Shown here in pieces: positions 17,309-25,793 of a stretch of DNA of 64,000 nt. Location: the sequence record NC_047979.1; one strand, given 5' to 3'. The notes beneath the pieces are model-generated. The model did no database searches and was not told the origin of the DNA. It was given only the letters and a program-made list of their open reading frames with translations. The position numbers and the translations under genes are program-made. Source of the stretch: Escherichia phage Gostya9. Within the stretch, counting starts at the first letter, position 1, and every line of letters begins with the position of its first letter.

Positions 17309-17681
17309 TACTCCAATTATTTTTCTAGACATTGATGGGGTGCTTAATTCGAGCATCTCCCATCACCATGCACCTGATGATGAAAAGGTTTTCTTTGGAA
17401 GTGACTGGGTTTTTAAACCGCTTCTCAAGGTTTTTCAGGACTTTATTCGTCCTTCTCCAATAATGATTGTTGGGGTATCCTCATGGTTCTCTGTCAGGAA
17501 TGAGATGGAGAACGTTCAGATTATGACCGGATTAGGTCTTATCGATCGTTTTCTTGGTATAACGGGTTTTACTGGTGGTGGGCTATCTAGAGGTAATTCT
17601 GTTCTTCACTTCGTTGAAAAGCATAAGCTCAAACATTGGTGCTATGATGTATCAGTATCCAACGGTTATAGTCAACGGTAG
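17295..17681 (+). CDS. HAD-like hydrolase, putative
   Basis: N-terminal IIFLDIDGVLN resembles HAD motif I (DxDG[TV]); the rest is unassigned. A second ORF (17575-17781) overlaps in another frame. Confidence 0.4.
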   Translation: MEISNTPIIFLDIDGVLNSSISHHHAPDDEKVFFGSDWVFKPLLKVFQDFIRPSPIMIVGVSSWFSVRNEMENVQIMTGLGLIDRFLGITGFTGGGLSRGNSVLHFVEKHKLKHWCYDVSVSNGYSQR

Positions 17682-17783
17682 AACTGGAATAAATCTTCAA
17701 GATTTAAGAGCTGTTAGCTATATGCTAGAATTTAGTCCAGATCTTGAAATGTGTAAAGCTCTACAACAATTTAAGGTGTAAAT

Positions 17784-18212
17784 ATGTTCAATAATGTATT
17801 CTCTAAAGAAGCTAACCCAATATTGGTTAATTTTTGGCGTACTCTTCCAGCCAACCTGTACAATGAGGCTATTAATGCTCTGAAAATATGGTGTGAGAAT
17901 AATGAAATCTCCTTTGCTTTTAAGGATGAGATTGAAGAAGCTCCCTGTATTGGTTTAATTGTGCAGGTAGAGGATGGCTTTGAAGAGATTGTCGGCTGGA
18001 AAGAGTTGGATGAAATGGGATTGGTTTTTGCATTAAACTATAAGCTGTTTATGCCTAATAAACACCGTATTGTTGTTAATTATAAAACCAGTGAATCTCC
18101 TGGTTTTCAAGTTAATGAACATTACGGTTGGTCTTACTCACCGGAAGAAGTAAATGATGGTATCCAAAGACTTCGTCGTTTTGGTTATCAAATTCCGGGT
18201 TTAACTGCCTAA
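17784..18212 (+). CDS. hypothetical protein, paralog A of a tandem pair
   Basis: 142 aa; shares conserved blocks with the next gene (SFAFKDEIEEAPCIGL / KELDEMGLVFALNYKLFMP / FGYQIPGL). Confidence 0.6.
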   Translation: MFNNVFSKEANPILVNFWRTLPANLYNEAINALKIWCENNEISFAFKDEIEEAPCIGLIVQVEDGFEEIVGWKELDEMGLVFALNYKLFMPNKHRIVVNYKTSESPGFQVNEHYGWSYSPEEVNDGIQRLRRFGYQIPGLTA

Positions 18213-18221
18213 GGGGGCACA

Positions 18222-18614
18222 ATGGAACAAGTATATTGGCGTCAGATTGATCCTAGTTTGGTGAAGAGTGCGGAGAAGCTGCTACAACGTTGGTTGGGGG
18301 TAAGACAAGCCTCCTTCACTTTTCCGGAGCAGCAAATAGACGATCCCTGTGTTGGTGTTTTCCTATCAGGCTACGCTAGGGAAGTGGAATTGGATTGGAA
18401 TGAATTGTCTGCTATGGGTTTAATTGTTGCACTAGATTTCTCTTTGTTCCATCCAAGTGGTTTGGCAATATGTCGTGTGCCTGATGACGGTTGTTCGCCC
18501 CATCTTTTACAGGTGGAAGATAATATTTGGGAGTACCCTCCAGATATTCTCAAAGAAGCTAAAGAACAATTAAATCGTGTTGGGATTTATGTTCCAGGCC
18601 TGAATGATGAATGA
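18222..18614 (+). CDS. hypothetical protein, paralog B of a tandem pair
   Basis: 130 aa; aligned blocks SFTFPEQQIDDPCVGV / NELSAMGLIVALDFSLFHP / VGIYVPGL mirror the upstream gene. Confidence 0.6.
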   Translation: MEQVYWRQIDPSLVKSAEKLLQRWLGVRQASFTFPEQQIDDPCVGVFLSGYAREVELDWNELSAMGLIVALDFSLFHPSGLAICRVPDDGCSPHLLQVEDNIWEYPPDILKEAKEQLNRVGIYVPGLNDE

Positions 18615-18638
18615 TTTTTATTAGCTGAACTCTGATTA

Positions 18639-18664
18639 CCGAGTCATTTTGGCTCGGTTTTCTC
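18639..18664 (+). terminator. rho-independent terminator
   Basis: Hairpin ACCGAG-TCATTTTGG-CTCGGT followed by TTTTCTC. Confidence 0.5.
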
Positions 18665-18705
18665 TATGCTCAAAGACACTGGTAGCAGCATCCGGAAAAT
18701 TTTAC

Positions 18706-18734
18706 TTGCATGATGCCCAAAATCTTGATATAAT
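18706..18734 (+). promoter_or_regulatory. sigma70-type early promoter (TTGCAT-N17-TATAAT)
   Basis: TTGCAT, 17-bp spacer, TATAAT; followed by about 600 nt with no ORF of 60 aa or more before the next gene. Confidence 0.5.
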
Positions 18735-19331
18735 ATTTATATTGAATTGAGAGACATTAGTAAAAATTGATTTTGCTAATTTTTCTTAGTGAAGCTGACA
18801 AGGGATTTACGGCGAGAGGAATCGATGACCCGTAAATAGCTGCATAAGGTACGTTGCTAGAGCTTTACGAAAAAGTTTTTTCTTGTTTACAATCCGCGAT
18901 ACGGAACAGTTAGGCTGCCCCATTAAGGGTTGTTTTAACTGTTACGTGTTAGTTTTTAAACAACTAATTAATAGAATACTTAGCGATCTGCGTCCCATAG
19001 GAACCCTGGTAAGGCCTCGAAGCAACCTAGTATGAGGTGGTTGTGAAGTGAGATGGGAGGAGTGAAAAACTACCGAGACGTGATTCTGTAAGTTATATTG
19101 CATCTAGTATGAGCTAGTATATGAAGCATTAGGTGAGCAAATCTGGCTTAGCGGCCATCCTCAAGGATTTGTGCGGTATAATGAGGCAGCAGCGCAGCGT
19201 GAAAGTGGAAGTTGCCACCCCACTTCAGTATTTGCAATTAATTTGTTGAGAAATTGACAGTAACAGTTGTTCTATTCTTTCTGAATAGTCCTAAAGAAAA
19301 CTTATTTCATTTCCAACACAGGAGTATTGTT

Positions 19332-22121
19332 GTGTTTTCAATCCTACAAGGTCATGCAGGATTTCATCGCGATTTAGCCACGGGCAATTGGCGAGAAGTT
19401 AAAGCAGAAGATTATCTTTTTGCTAAAAGATTTTCCTCAAAGCATCCTGAAGGTAAACCAGCTTCAATGCCCTTCAAGTTTGATGTAATTGACGAAGTTG
19501 ATCCTCAAACCCTAGTAGAAATGCTCCCTCTTATGAGACGTTTAACGTCTGACCCTCATATCGTTGCGGTACGAGGTCGATGTCTTGCACCTAAAAATAA
19601 TGTGCGGCGTAAGAAGGGCAACTTTAATGTATCTAATCCTAGTAATATTATTGCTATGGACGTGGATGGTATTGTAGATACAGGTGGTTGTAACAAGTTT
19701 GATCTTGTTGGCATGGCTCGACATATTATTAGGATGTTAAATAGTATTAGTGAGGATATGTTTCCTCTTGATGCAGGGTTTATTGCTCATGCATCGTCTT
19801 CGGCTGGGCTAAAACCAGGTATCCGAATGCACTTAATACTAGAATCTAATGTTAAAGTAACTCAGGGTCAAATCAAGTTCTTATTTACATCTATCAACGA
19901 AAGTAGTAGACAAAAGTATGGCTTTGATATTGCCGACTTAGCTTATTACTCTTCCGTACAGCTCCATTATTTTGCAGATCCTCTATTTATTGATGGTATA
20001 GTTGATCCGTTTAAAGCGGAGGGTGCTTCACGTCTGGTATTTGTTAAGGGTTCTAAAGTAAATTTACCTAATAATCTAGTTGACTATGAAACAACTAGAG
20101 GAGAGTTTAAAGAGGAATTCTACTCTTTACTCGATCAAATTAAAGGTAAAAAAGCTGCCTCTGATAAAGTAGAGGAAACTATCAGTGAGCTAGAAGAGGC
20201 TGATGATGGGGTATACTTACGTATTATTCCAAAGCTATATCACCGAGCGTTAGAGGATGGGGTAGATTTTGGTTGGCTAGAAAAAGAAATCCGCCCAGCT
20301 TTATCAGAATATATTGCAACTAAAGATAATAGCCGTAATATTCAAGACTACTTTAACAACGGTCGAAAACAGGCTCTGAAAGCATTTGTTAATAATTCTA
20401 AACGTGATATACCCGATGTTTTAAAAGGTATTCCGCTTAAAAAGCTAGAAACTAATTCACTAGAGACCGACAACTTCTTGAAATTAAATACTGTACCACC
20501 AGAAGGCTATATGACTTTTGTAAAAGCAAGTCTAGGTACAGGTAAAACCACGGCGGTTGTGCGTTGGCTGGATTCAGGAGTTATTAAAGGTAATTTCTTA
20601 GCAGTTACCAACACTAGAGCACTGGTATCTTCAAATGCTAAGAAATTTAGTGCAGGACAATACGATAAGTCTGTAGATATGCTTAATTTTAAGCGTGGTG
20701 CTATTGACCGTATGTCCACAACCATTCACTCTTTGCATAAGTTTAAGAGTTTTATTGGTCAAATTGATGCAATCTTTATAGATGAATGTGATGCAGTAAT
20801 GAATGACCTATTATTCGCCCCGGTTGTTAAGCAACGTCGTGAGTGTATTCAGGTTCTTCGTGATATTCTTGCAACTGCAAAAATCATTATACTATCCGAT
20901 GGTGATATTAGTGCCGAGACGATTGAAGCATATGGTTCTTTGATTGAGTTCGATAAACCAGTTGCATTCTATAATCATCACCGTAAGATGCTGTCAAAAG
21001 CTCATGCTTATGAGTTCCCTGATGAGTCCAGTATTTGGGTTGCACTTCAGACTTCTCTAGAGATGGGTGAGAAATCTATTCTAGTATCTGATTGTGGCCC
21101 TGATGAGCTGAATGAGAAGGGTATGGCACTACGTCGTAATACTGGTGCATTAGTTAAAGAAATCCATTCAAACTCCACTTCAGATGTGGATATTCGACGT
21201 ATTCTGGATTATACAACTAATGAGCTAATTGATCAACAAATTGATTGCTTATTATGTAGTCCATCCGTAACGAGTGGTGTTGACTTTAACTATTTCGATA
21301 ATGTATTTGTTATTACTAGAACCAGTAATCAGGCGCCAAACATGCGTTTTCAAGCAATCAGGCGCGACCGTGGTGCTCAGAATATCTATTATTTTATTGA
21401 TAAATCCACTAGTGGATTCTCTGCGGGTTCTGAACAATATAATATCGATGAAGGTTGGCTGGAGTTAGCACAGCAATTATATGCACGTCGCAGGGAGCTG
21501 GAGTCTAGGAACTATACTAGTACTTTACGTTATTACTTGCTTGATCAGGGTGCAACTATTGATATTTTCAGTGAAAGCTGGGGAACTATTGAAGGTGCTG
21601 GTAAAGAATACACAGAAGAGCGAATCAAAGCTATTCTACATTCAACTCCTGATTATTGTGCTCCACGTCATGCGGATGCGTATGAGGCTAAACTACTTAT
21701 TGTTCGCTATTATCATCTTGAGTCTATTAAAGATGTAACAGTTGAGCATGTTGAACAATATATCAAAGATAAGCCGAATGATCGAGCTGCATTCTTCCAT
21801 AAGATGCACGAGATGTTCTGGGAAGATATTAAGAAGTGTTCAAATGTGACCATTAAACCATTCATAGAAGCTCTGAAAGGTAAGAAGAAAGATTTCTTCC
21901 TTAAAACAGGTCAGAGTGCTAACCCAAAATATGCTAGAATGTATCTTGGTATGATGGGTATTGGTAAAGATATGAACACGGAGAATATCGTAGACTGGTA
22001 TAGAACCTACTGCAAAATCGAATGTATGCCAATTCCTTTCAAATTCATGACAGAAGAAGAGAAAGCTATGGCAGAAGAAGCAATGTCAGAGCTAGGTGCT
22101 AGAAATGACAGTGAAGAATAA
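19332..22121 (+). CDS. putative replication initiation protein: N-terminal AEP-like primase domain fused to a P-loop helicase/ATPase
   Basis: About 929 aa. N-terminal IIAMDVDG (AEP motif-I-like hhhDhD) and a His-containing segment (FIAHASSSAGLKPGIRMHLIL); central Walker A SLGTGKTT and Walker B IFIDECD. Start placed at GTG 19332 with AGGAG RBS; the track ORF begins upstream at a TTG. Confidence 0.55.
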   Translation: MFSILQGHAGFHRDLATGNWREVKAEDYLFAKRFSSKHPEGKPASMPFKFDVIDEVDPQTLVEMLPLMRRLTSDPHIVAVRGRCLAPKNNVRRKKGNFNVSNPSNIIAMDVDGIVDTGGCNKFDLVGMARHIIRMLNSISEDMFPLDAGFIAHASSSAGLKPGIRMHLILESNVKVTQGQIKFLFTSINESSRQKYGFDIADLAYYSSVQLHYFADPLFIDGIVDPFKAEGASRLVFVKGSKVNLPNNLVDYETTRGEFKEEFYSLLDQIKGKKAASDKVEETISELEEADDGVYLRIIPKLYHRALEDGVDFGWLEKEIRPALSEYIATKDNSRNIQDYFNNGRKQALKAFVNNSKRDIPDVLKGIPLKKLETNSLETDNFLKLNTVPPEGYMTFVKASLGTGKTTAVVRWLDSGVIKGNFLAVTNTRALVSSNAKKFSAGQYDKSVDMLNFKRGAIDRMSTTIHSLHKFKSFIGQIDAIFIDECDAVMNDLLFAPVVKQRRECIQVLRDILATAKIIILSDGDISAETIEAYGSLIEFDKPVAFYNHHRKMLSKAHAYEFPDESSIWVALQTSLEMGEKSILVSDCGPDELNEKGMALRRNTGALVKEIHSNSTSDVDIRRILDYTTNELIDQQIDCLLCSPSVTSGVDFNYFDNVFVITRTSNQAPNMRFQAIRRDRGAQNIYYFIDKSTSGFSAGSEQYNIDEGWLELAQQLYARRRELESRNYTSTLRYYLLDQGATIDIFSESWGTIEGAGKEYTEERIKAILHSTPDYCAPRHADAYEAKLLIVRYYHLESIKDVTVEHVEQYIKDKPNDRAAFFHKMHEMFWEDIKKCSNVTIKPFIEALKGKKKDFFLKTGQSANPKYARMYLGMMGIGKDMNTENIVDWYRTYCKIECMPIPFKFMTEEEKAMAEEAMSELGARNDSEE

Positions 22122-22338
22122 AAAATGGGAAACAAGGAAGTTTCCAGTAAAAGAACGTAAAGTTCCCATTTATGATACTTCGGAGAAGCTATGTAGGGTG
22201 GTACCGCACAGATTAGCTGGCATCCCTAACATATCCGAGTGGCTACTTAAACAACGGAGGACTAGCGTATCCCTTCGCATAGGGTTTGAGTTAGATAAAG
22301 TATATGCTGAACTTTCTTCTTTGCTCAAAGAATCATAA
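22105..22338 (+). CDS. small basic hypothetical protein (77 aa)
   Basis: ATG at 22105 overlapping the end of the upstream gene. Confidence 0.4.
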   Translation: MTVKNKKWETRKFPVKERKVPIYDTSEKLCRVVPHRLAGIPNISEWLLKQRRTSVSLRIGFELDKVYAELSSLLKES

Positions 22339-22347
22339 AAAATTTAT

Positions 22348-22376
22348 TTGCATAGTTCAAAAAATTTCTGTATAAT
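22348..22376 (+). promoter_or_regulatory. sigma70-type early promoter (TTGCAT-N17-TATAAT)
   Basis: TTGCAT, 17-bp spacer, TATAAT, then CATAAATTTGAGAGAGGAG box/RBS. Confidence 0.55.
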
Positions 22377-22407
22377 AGATTCATAAATTTGAGAGAGGAG
22401 TTTAAAT

Positions 22408-23112
22408 ATGGCTGGTTCTCGCAGAAAGAAACATATCCATGAAATCCCGGATGAAGTCTTTAAAAAGGTTATAGAGCATCTGGAGAACGGCGGTACTAAG
22501 AAAGCAGCATGTGAAATGCTCGGCGTATCATCCAACCCAACTATGGAAAGGATGATAGAAGAGTGGCAAGATCGCCAAATTCAAGTTGCCGAGATGAAGA
22601 AAAAGAAACGTGGTACACTCATTGAAGGCATCGAGTTAGCTAACGTTATTGAACAGTATTTATCTGGTGATTCTTTTGAAGAGATTGCCGATCGTAATTA
22701 CCGCTCTGTAGCAATGGTTAAATCTGTTCTGGAACGATATGGTGCTCTACTTCGTTTGAACGATATTGTAGATCCATTGAATCCACCAATTATTCCTGAC
22801 GATGCTGTAGCAGAAGAATTTGAGGTAGGTGAGCTTGTTTGGGTTCCTGGATACCAGTGTATCGGTGAAATCAAAAAAGCAATGGATAATCCTGTTGGTT
22901 GTTACCGTGTATGGCTTCTATCAGAAGGCAAACAACAGAACGTTCATTATATGAATTACGAGCTGGCTTCTGTTAAACATCTGGAAAAGCTAGGGGTTGA
23001 CGTAAAATCTCTGGGGTATAAATGGTCTCGGGAAGAAGTTATCACACTGATTAACGAAGCTGTTAAGGCCGCCCTGAAACTTGATAAAGAAAAAGGAAAA
23101 CGCCGTGAGTAA
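22408..23112 (+). CDS. putative HTH DNA-binding protein (234 aa)
   Basis: N-terminal helix-turn-helix-like segment (GGTKKAACEMLGVSSNPTMERM); strong RBS. Confidence 0.5.
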   Translation: MAGSRRKKHIHEIPDEVFKKVIEHLENGGTKKAACEMLGVSSNPTMERMIEEWQDRQIQVAEMKKKKRGTLIEGIELANVIEQYLSGDSFEEIADRNYRSVAMVKSVLERYGALLRLNDIVDPLNPPIIPDDAVAEEFEVGELVWVPGYQCIGEIKKAMDNPVGCYRVWLLSEGKQQNVHYMNYELASVKHLEKLGVDVKSLGYKWSREEVITLINEAVKAALKLDKEKGKRRE

Positions 23113-23356
23113 ACTAACTGATTTACTTAAAGATGGGGAAGTAAAAACACTATATCGTAGAAGCTGGGGTAACGATAATAACGGCTTAGTGTTACTAACT
23201 TTAGATGCTGACTCGGATGTAGCTACTCAACATACCTGGGTAGCGGGCAACTATCCATATAGCGAGGTTGTTTCATTAACAGTATGCGAAGCTGTTGCAG
23301 ACGATTGGGAGATTGCCAGCATTGATGATATGCTCGCTGTTGGCCTAGTGGAGTAA
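23105..23356 (+). CDS. hypothetical protein (83 aa), probable GTG start
   Basis: ORF overlapping the upstream stop; GTG at 23105 preceded by AAGGAAAA. Confidence 0.4.
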   Translation: MSKLTDLLKDGEVKTLYRRSWGNDNNGLVLLTLDADSDVATQHTWVAGNYPYSEVVSLTVCEAVADDWEIASIDDMLAVGLVE

Positions 23357-23373
23357 CTACTTAAAAATTTCAG

Positions 23374-23402
23374 TTGCTTAATCCTACAATTCTTGATATA
23401 AT
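23374..23402 (+). promoter_or_regulatory. sigma70-type early promoter (TTGCTT-N17-TATAAT)
   Basis: TTGCTT, 17-bp spacer, TATAAT. Confidence 0.5.
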
Positions 23403-23459
23403 ATTCTCATAGTTTGAAAGAACTATTCTGTTTAATTCTTAATTAAGGAAATATAAAAT

Positions 23460-23870
23460 ATGACTACTCCAACTCAGTGGACTGATGAACTGTTTGAAAA
23501 AATGTCTTCCGAATACGTTGCTCGTATGGAGCAATTCCCAGAGGATGAACGTCCGAGTGTTAGCATGGAAATTGTTAGTGAAATTGCCCAGGAAAATGGT
23601 GTAACTCCGAACGGTTTTCGTATGAAGCTGACTAAAGCAGGTTTGTATATCAAGAAAGCTGCTGGCTCCGCTTCTAAATCTAGTGCATCTACTGGAGAAA
23701 AAGCTTCCGGTGGTTCTCGTACCTCCAAAGCCCAGGCCCATGCGGATCTTCGTTCAGCATTCTCTGATGCTGGCTTAGCACCAGATTTTCTGGATGATGC
23801 AATTATCGACAAACTGACTGGTAAAGCGGCTGCTCATCTGGCTGAAGCAATCCGAGCTATCACTAAGTAA
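23460..23870 (+). CDS. hypothetical protein with Ser/Ala-rich linker (136 aa), codon-optimised
   Basis: ATG with AAGGAAA RBS; low-complexity central segment (AAGSASKSSASTGEKASGGSRTSKA); codons biased toward ctg/cgt/ggt. Confidence 0.6.
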   Translation: MTTPTQWTDELFEKMSSEYVARMEQFPEDERPSVSMEIVSEIAQENGVTPNGFRMKLTKAGLYIKKAAGSASKSSASTGEKASGGSRTSKAQAHADLRSAFSDAGLAPDFLDDAIIDKLTGKAAAHLAEAIRAITK

Positions 23871-23884
23871 TAGGGAGATTATAC

Positions 23885-24172
23885 ATGAATAAACAAGAAA
23901 TTATCTCCGCATGTGAAGCCCATAATGAGTTCTACCTTCATTATGAGAAACTACGCCAAAAGGGTACTACATACCTTCAGGGTACTATGGATTTTTCTGA
24001 TAAGTACCTAAGTAAACGTTTTGCTCAGGAGCGTATCCGTCAACCAAAAGATGACGAAATTCTAGTGTTTAGTCGCACTAATGACAGCTTCCGTTTCATT
24101 CCTGTTGCGAAAGTTCGTCGCATTACGAGCCTTCAGTCAGAGTTAGATCGTGCTTCTCCAGTAGGCCGATAA
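23885..24172 (+). CDS. hypothetical protein (95 aa)
   Basis: ATG with GGGAG RBS; followed by the terminator at 24184-24206. Confidence 0.55.
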   Translation: MNKQEIISACEAHNEFYLHYEKLRQKGTTYLQGTMDFSDKYLSKRFAQERIRQPKDDEILVFSRTNDSFRFIPVAKVRRITSLQSELDRASPVGR

Positions 24173-24183
24173 GATAGCAATTA

Positions 24184-24206
24184 AGCCCCTATATGGGGCT
24201 TTTTGT
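24184..24206 (+). terminator. rho-independent terminator
   Basis: Hairpin AGCCCC-TATAT-GGGGCT followed by TTTTT. Confidence 0.65.
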
Positions 24207-24223
24207 GTATTTGAGAAACGTAA

Positions 24224-24532
24224 ATGAGCGATCAGGTAAACCAAAACTATGAAGGACACGTTGATGATCAGTCAATCCTTCTATGGGAAAAAGAAGGGGA
24301 ACAAATAAGATTGACAGTATCTGAATTTCGTGGGAATCTATACATGGGAATTAGGTATTGGCTCCAGGATATTACTGGAGAATGGTTTCCAACGAAATCC
24401 GGCTTCTCTTTTCCGTACACTCTAGAAACTACTTCGCAGCTATTCTATGCTTTTACGCAAATCCTTAGTGAATCTGAGGTTCTTGCCGAAGTACAGAAAC
24501 GAGCTGAAGAACTCAAAGCCAAGAATGCCTAG
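24224..24532 (+). CDS. hypothetical protein (102 aa)
   Basis: ATG-initiated ORF flanked by two terminators. Confidence 0.55.
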   Translation: MSDQVNQNYEGHVDDQSILLWEKEGEQIRLTVSEFRGNLYMGIRYWLQDITGEWFPTKSGFSFPYTLETTSQLFYAFTQILSESEVLAEVQKRAEELKAKNA

Positions 24533-24546
24533 TTCTTGGCTTTTTC
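24518..24546 (+). terminator. rho-independent terminator
   Basis: Hairpin GCCAAGAA-TGCCTAG-TTCTTGGC followed by TTTTT. Confidence 0.65.
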
Positions 24547-24559
24547 TTTATAAATGTAT

Positions 24560-24588
24560 TTGCTTTCAACTCAGTTTTGTTATATAAT
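24560..24588 (+). promoter_or_regulatory. sigma70-type early promoter (TTGCTT-N17-TATAAT)
   Basis: TTGCTT, 17-bp spacer, TATAAT, 30 nt upstream of the ligase N-terminal gene. Confidence 0.55.
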
Positions 24589-24619
24589 ATTTATATAAAT
24601 TAATGAGAGATATAAATAA

Positions 24620-25591
24620 ATGACTAATGTAAAAGAATTTATTAAACGCTGTCAAGAAGCATATTATCAGGGCATGTCTTTAATCTCTGATGAGGAGTAT
24701 GATCGCCTGGTAAAACGCTTCCCGTTAGAGGAAGAGATCGGGCCTAAGGGTGATATTCCACACCTATATCGTATGTATTCTTTACAGAAAGTTTATTATA
24801 ATCGTGGAGATAAACCCCCATTTGACCCGTTAGGTCAAGTAGAAACTGATAAGTTAGATGGTTGTGCGATTTCCCTGCTATATATTAACGGTGAATTTGT
24901 TCAAGCACTAACTCGTGGTAATGGTATTCTGGGAAATGATGTCACAAGCAACGTAAGATTGCTGAACATCCCTAAAAAGATTTCCCAAAAAGTACCTACT
25001 CAAATCACTGGTGAAGTTCTAATTACAAAAGAAGTAGAAAATAAACGTAACTTTGCCTCTGGTGCTATTAACCTCAAAGATAGTGATGATTTCATGCAAC
25101 GTATCGGGGAAGGTGGTTTAATCTTCGTTGCATACGGTATCCAGTGTTCTGCTGAATCTGTAGGTATTACAGAAGCGTATTTAAAAGATATGCTTTGGCT
25201 AGAGAATGAGAACTTCTTAACAGTTGTTAATGTGCGTTCCTTCTTTAAATGGATTCCGACGGACGGTAAAGTTGTTCGTATTAATGACAATAACAAATTC
25301 TTCCGTGAAGGTTGGACTAATAAATTTCCTCGTGGGGCATTCGCTATTAAAGAGGATGAAGAAGGCGAGATTACAACTCTTACTAAAGTTGAATGGCAGG
25401 TAGGGGCTTCTGGTAAAGTAACTCCAGTCGGTTATTTTGAACCAGTAATTATTGATGATGCTACAATTGTTAAAGCGACTCTTAATAATGTTGATTATAT
25501 TAACTCTCTCGATCTAGAGATCGGTTGCCAGATTCGAGTGATTCGTGCTGGTGGTGTAATCCCGTGCATAGTAGAGCGAGTTTATGATTAA
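24620..25591 (+). CDS. ligA: NAD-dependent DNA ligase, N-terminal subunit (adenylation + OB-fold domains)
   Basis: 323 aa with the KxDG adenylation motif (DKLDGCAIS) and an OB-fold segment (EWQVGASGKVTPVGYFEPVIIDDATIVKATLNN); ends before the Zn-finger region. Confidence 0.75.
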   Translation: MTNVKEFIKRCQEAYYQGMSLISDEEYDRLVKRFPLEEEIGPKGDIPHLYRMYSLQKVYYNRGDKPPFDPLGQVETDKLDGCAISLLYINGEFVQALTRGNGILGNDVTSNVRLLNIPKKISQKVPTQITGEVLITKEVENKRNFASGAINLKDSDDFMQRIGEGGLIFVAYGIQCSAESVGITEAYLKDMLWLENENFLTVVNVRSFFKWIPTDGKVVRINDNNKFFREGWTNKFPRGAFAIKEDEEGEITTLTKVEWQVGASGKVTPVGYFEPVIIDDATIVKATLNNVDYINSLDLEIGCQIRVIRAGGVIPCIVERVYD

Positions 25592-25641
25592 TACATAACC
25601 CTTTGCTACCCCTCTACCATATCGGAATTATAAAGTGGTTA

Positions 25642-25670
25642 TTGACATTTTCGCCGCTTAGGTATATACT
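25642..25670 (+). promoter_or_regulatory. sigma70 promoter in the ligase inter-subunit gap (TTGACA-N17-TATACT)
   Basis: TTGACA, 17-bp spacer, TATACT. Confidence 0.45.
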
Positions 25671-25734
25671 ATTATCATTCAGTTGAGGGATAGAAAGTTA
25701 TGGCGAGGGTAAGCAAAGTTAGTTAAAATTGTAG

Positions 25735-25763
25735 TTGCTAAATGCTTAAATACTTGCTATAAT
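25735..25763 (+). promoter_or_regulatory. sigma70-type early promoter (TTGCTA-N17-TATAAT, extended -10 TGcTATAAT)
   Basis: TTGCTA, 17-bp spacer, TATAAT, then ATAAATTGATAAGGAAG box/RBS before the ATG at 25794. Confidence 0.55.
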
Positions 25764-25793
25764 ATTTATATAAATTGATAAGGAAGAAATTTG

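Noticed and set aside
25592-25793. Group I intron between the ligase halves
   Set aside because: The gap is only about 200 bp, contains two recognisable sigma70 promoters and an RBS for the downstream ATG, and I saw no intron core pairing elements; two separate genes is the simpler reading.
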